From positions 14,756,001 to 14,820,000 of the forward strand of contig OZ076417.1 in NCBI GenBank assembly GCA_964187785.1: a DNA stretch of 64,000 nucleotides, given 5' to 3'. The notes beneath the pieces were generated by a model. That model was not told the DNA's origin, made no database searches, and worked only from the letters and a program-made list of their open reading frames with translations. Source of the stretch: Amphiscolops sp. MND2022. Taxonomy: Eukaryota. Shown one piece after another: positions 60,401-64,000 of the stretch (position 1 is its first letter; each line of letters opens with the position of its first letter). Both the position numbers and the translations under genes were made by a program.

Positions 60401-63365
60401 CTCGTCAAAATTTCGGAAGCCAGAATACGTTATCGTAATTTTTCACGCATTTTTGCATGCAAATTTTTAGAGCAGGTTTAAGCATTTTGATTATGAAAAC
60501 GAGTAGAAGTAGTCATTGTTGGGTGAAATGAGCCTTCAGATTGAGTCAAAAACGTTTATACAAAAAGATAGTGTTAAAATTGATTCAAACTTTTGAGGCG
60601 AAAACTTCATTTCAAAAAATCTTCCAATGCCGGAAAAATGAAAGAGGCACCCTCCGGTCTCGTCCGGTTTTGCAAAGGCACGAAAATTTTTTGGCTGAAG
60701 CAAGGACTCGAACTTGCGACCGCTGGATTTGCACTAAACCGAATAACCTCTGTACCAGAAAATGGTACATGCAGGATGAGCTCTGAAGTCTGACTAGCCA
60801 CTGTAATTGGAAATATTAAGACGAGAACGTCTAAAGTCGGCGCTATATCTAAAGTTCAAAAAGTGAAACGTTATTAAGATTGTAAAAAGGGGGCCCTTTG
60901 GGCTTTTTGAAAATCCAGCTTGTTGCCAAACATCAAAAAAACTGAAGGGGGCCTTGGAGACATCGATCTGAAAAAAGTCTCGCAAAGCCGAAAAAGGTGC
61001 AGGGAAAGTCTCATAGAGCCGAAAAATGGAAAAGGGAACTTTTTAGCTTTGGAATGGTTTTGTATTTCATGTTAGGGGCTTTGGATGCGTTCAAAATGAA
61101 GTACTAAGTACTTATCGTAAAAGTGCACAATTCACAAAAAGTGGTACAAGCAAGGTGAAGCCTATAAAAAAACAGCCAGTGTAATGGTTGAGCACTTTTT
61201 GTCAAAAAGCGCAGACTAAAAACTGTTCAAACGCATAATTATACAGTATGTTTTGACACGCGCAATACTGTAGACGCAGTCAATGATGGGAGTTCTTTCG
61301 TGTTCAATGAAAGCTAAGACGTTAAACAGGACAACACCCGAACTTGACCTTGCTGAAAAGGAAAAGCAATTGCGTGTAAGGAGACCTCAATTTTGTTATG
61401 TCTCCATTGTAATTCTCTCTCTCTCTCTCGATGAAGAGCAGGGTGTCCTTAAAATGCAGCTGTTTAAAGTCAGCTGAGTTCCAATACGCTTGCCGCGCTT
61501 CAACTCAGAATTATTAAAACAGAAAAGTGTTTTCACATAAATTCGTCTGATAATACTCGAGCTAACTCAAAATTATTCCATGTGTATCACTTTTTCGAGG
61601 GAAGTTGAGGGTTTCCGGAGTGCAACTGTTGGAAAGGGAACAGTTCCTTCGTCGACCATTTCTTGTCTCTTCTTCAATTTCGATCGATAATCCATTTGTT
61701 TGTTCCTTGTCAATTTAGACTTTTCGAGAAAAACATTTCAGTGATGACATAAAGGAGTGGATCAAAAGAGTTACACGGGTGTATCTCAAAGTAATCACGA
61801 GAGATTCGACGTTTCTTCTATTTTCATGGAAAGCTCCAACTGTTATTCTATTTTGAAACATCTTTAATATTCAGGACCGCAAAAACTTTTTCATTCCAAA
61901 CCGCTGGTTGTTGAGACATTTCCGACTATGTTTTTTTTACTCCAGATTACCTCGAAATCAGATGCCTCTTTCACTTCTCTTGATCCTCTTGAAGTTTCAC
62001 AATGACACATTGCGTTGTTTTTGGTACATGAACGGTTTTAGGTTCCAATTTTCTCTGCTCAATTTCTCAAACATCTGTTTGGAATTTCTTCCAGAGCTTT
62101 TTTGTCTGTTTTGTTTTTTTTTTCTTTTTTTTTAAAAAAGAGGAAATAAGATTGTAAAATTCAGTGGTATGATCAGCAAACAAAAGTGCATTGTCTTGCT
62201 TTCATTGGGCTATTGAAGCTAAGGACGTTGAAACTGTCATATTACGGACAACTGTCAAGGAAAATTCAGATGCTTCTGTATCCAAAATATAGAAAAATAT
62301 TTCCTGAAACTAGTAAAAGTCACTAGATATTCTCCCAACATTACATTATTCAACAAAAAGTTAAAGTTGAGTTTGTATGAGTTTCTACGTGCAGTGTCAT
62401 AAAGAGCTCTTTAACAAATCACAACAAAAATTTACAAGCAAGTAAAAATGAAAATGTCAAACTTTGAGACACGCTAAAAACTATCACAAAGTTTATCTAC
62501 ACTTGTTTTACCACTCAAGTGAAATGACAACTCTCTGAACGGACGAATTTTGAAGGATAATTTAATTGGGTGTTGAGAAAAGTTCGGGGGGGGGCTTAAA
62601 ACTCTTGTTTTGGAATTTTTTTGAGAAGATACATTTGTTTCAACAATGCTACCTTTTTTAACAACAAGAGTAGCAGTAACGTCACTGATACACAATGGTA
62701 CCAAAAAGCTAAAGGCAGTCAATTTAGCTAACAAAAAAATTCAAAGCGAGAAAACTTTCAATATAATCTGTCCAAAAAAGCCTATTTTTGGCCAGCAAAA
62801 CAAGTATATTTTTTATTGAAATTTAATCGAAATTCAAAAACGTATATCACATTGGATTTCAAGAAATTTTGTATAGTTTCGAAACTTCACTAAGCAATAT
62901 CTCAAAAACTGTTGGTCGAAAGAAATACCCTCTTCGATCATTGTTGTAGCCGTAAAACCATTCTTTACCTTTCAGTAACAACAATTATTCTGAAAATGCT
63001 TTCTTCAAGAGTGAACCGCCAAAAAAAGTTGTAAAGAACAATATTTCAGCGGAGTAAAAATAAAAGATTTTTCATTTTGTTTTTGTTGTCATTTTCAGAA
63101 AAACGAGAAATCAAAAACTAGAGATTAGACTCAAAATGAAAAGTTTGTCTGAAACATTTTTCTTTTGGAATAGTGGTTATCGAAATATTGCATGATGGAT
63201 TTCTTTCAAAAAACTCGAAGTGTCGCAAAGAATTTTGATTGCAACTATTTTTGTAGTTTTGTACGAGTTCCAAATACTATCATCCCTGTAATCTTGATTG
63301 AAATTTGCTGAAGTATTGCTCCAATGACCTTTGGTACTATTGATTATGTACAAATATATTGCAAT
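57427..63365 (+). repeat. Head-to-tail tandem duplication, 2905-bp period (copies 2 and 3, nearly identical)
   Basis: Identical ORF calls offset by 2905 (57636 and 60541); junction near 60332. Confidence 0.95.
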
Positions 63366-63422
63366 TTGAGATTTGAAATCAAGTGTATTAAGTGGGCTTT
63401 TTGGTACCCTTGTGTAATTGTT

Positions 63423-63628
63423 TCAAGCTCTGTAATGAACGAGTACTTCGCAGAAATTGAGTCTGTCCCACGCACGAGTTTCCATGAAAACGAAAGAACC
63501 CTCTGTGACTTCTCCACAGATGAGATAATTCCAATGGTCGTGGTAAGTCAAGAATTCACCACAATAGACACAGTCCACTTTCCCGGTTCGCTTGCAAATG
63601 AACACTTCTAAATTCTTCAACCTGCCAG
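63423..63628 (-). CDS. Terminal exon with F-type lectin / F5-8C-like C-terminal half
   Basis: ctttccag acceptor; RLKNLEVFI...C...EGSFV...LNFCEVLVH resembles fucolectin RL...EGRYV...LTLCEVEV; ends in TGA. Confidence 0.5.
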
Positions 63629-64000
63629 CTGGAAAGCATGAAAAGTTTACCAAACAAAAATTGATCACACTGATATGAATCCCATGTTGAGCACTCCCTG
63701 CGAATCTGTACAGATCTGTACAGATCCTGACAGATATTCCAGGATTTTTTGAAAATTAACTAGTCAAAAAACAGTTTTGAAATTGAAATTACTTGAATGA
63801 AAAGTGCTCTACAAGATACAAACAAAGTTTTAAAAAACGTTTCTGTGCGAATCTGTACAGATCTGTACAGATCCTGACAGATATTCCAGGATTGGTCGTA
63901 AATTAACCATACAAAAATGACCAATAAATTACTATAACGTATTCCAAGTTTCCAGCAATTACTAAAACTACTCCAGCAAACCATCTTCCCGAAATATTAC

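Overview
AT-rich eukaryotic (metazoan, probably invertebrate) genomic DNA; no prokaryotic-type systems or CRISPR arrays were seen. (1) 1-~4885, minus strand: the 5' part of an apparently intact Ty3/Gypsy-type LTR retrotransposon, with an LTR carrying TATA/CCAAT motifs, a tRNA primer-binding site, and gag with a CCHC knuckle. A UUUAAAC -1 frameshift leads into a pol frame that is absent from the ORF track because it runs off the window edge. Translated by hand, pol reads aspartic protease, then a spacer, then a TARG1/OARD1(DarG)-like macrodomain whose catalytic Lys and Asp positions are conserved; this is the most interesting observation. (2) 8655-48553, plus strand: a RIM/UNC-10 presynaptic active-zone gene, rebuilt as 26 phase-consistent exons (7587 nt, about 2528 aa, N-terminus missing) covering the end of the Zn finger, a very long N/Q/G-rich region, PDZ, C2A and C2B. 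One intron holds a 276-codon ORF that could be an alternative first exon for a C2B-only (RIM-gamma-like) isoform, and it contains seven perfect CRE palindromes spaced 18 bp apart. (3) The introns are full of a Helentron/DINE-1-like non-autonomous family, tRNA-headed SINE-like elements, and hAT and Tc1/mariner-type MITEs. (4) 51.4-63.6 kb: a ~2.9-kb segment present three times, interleaved with minus-strand exons encoding calcium-binding EGF repeats and an F-type-lectin-like domain. All calls come from manual reading and translation; no database search was run.
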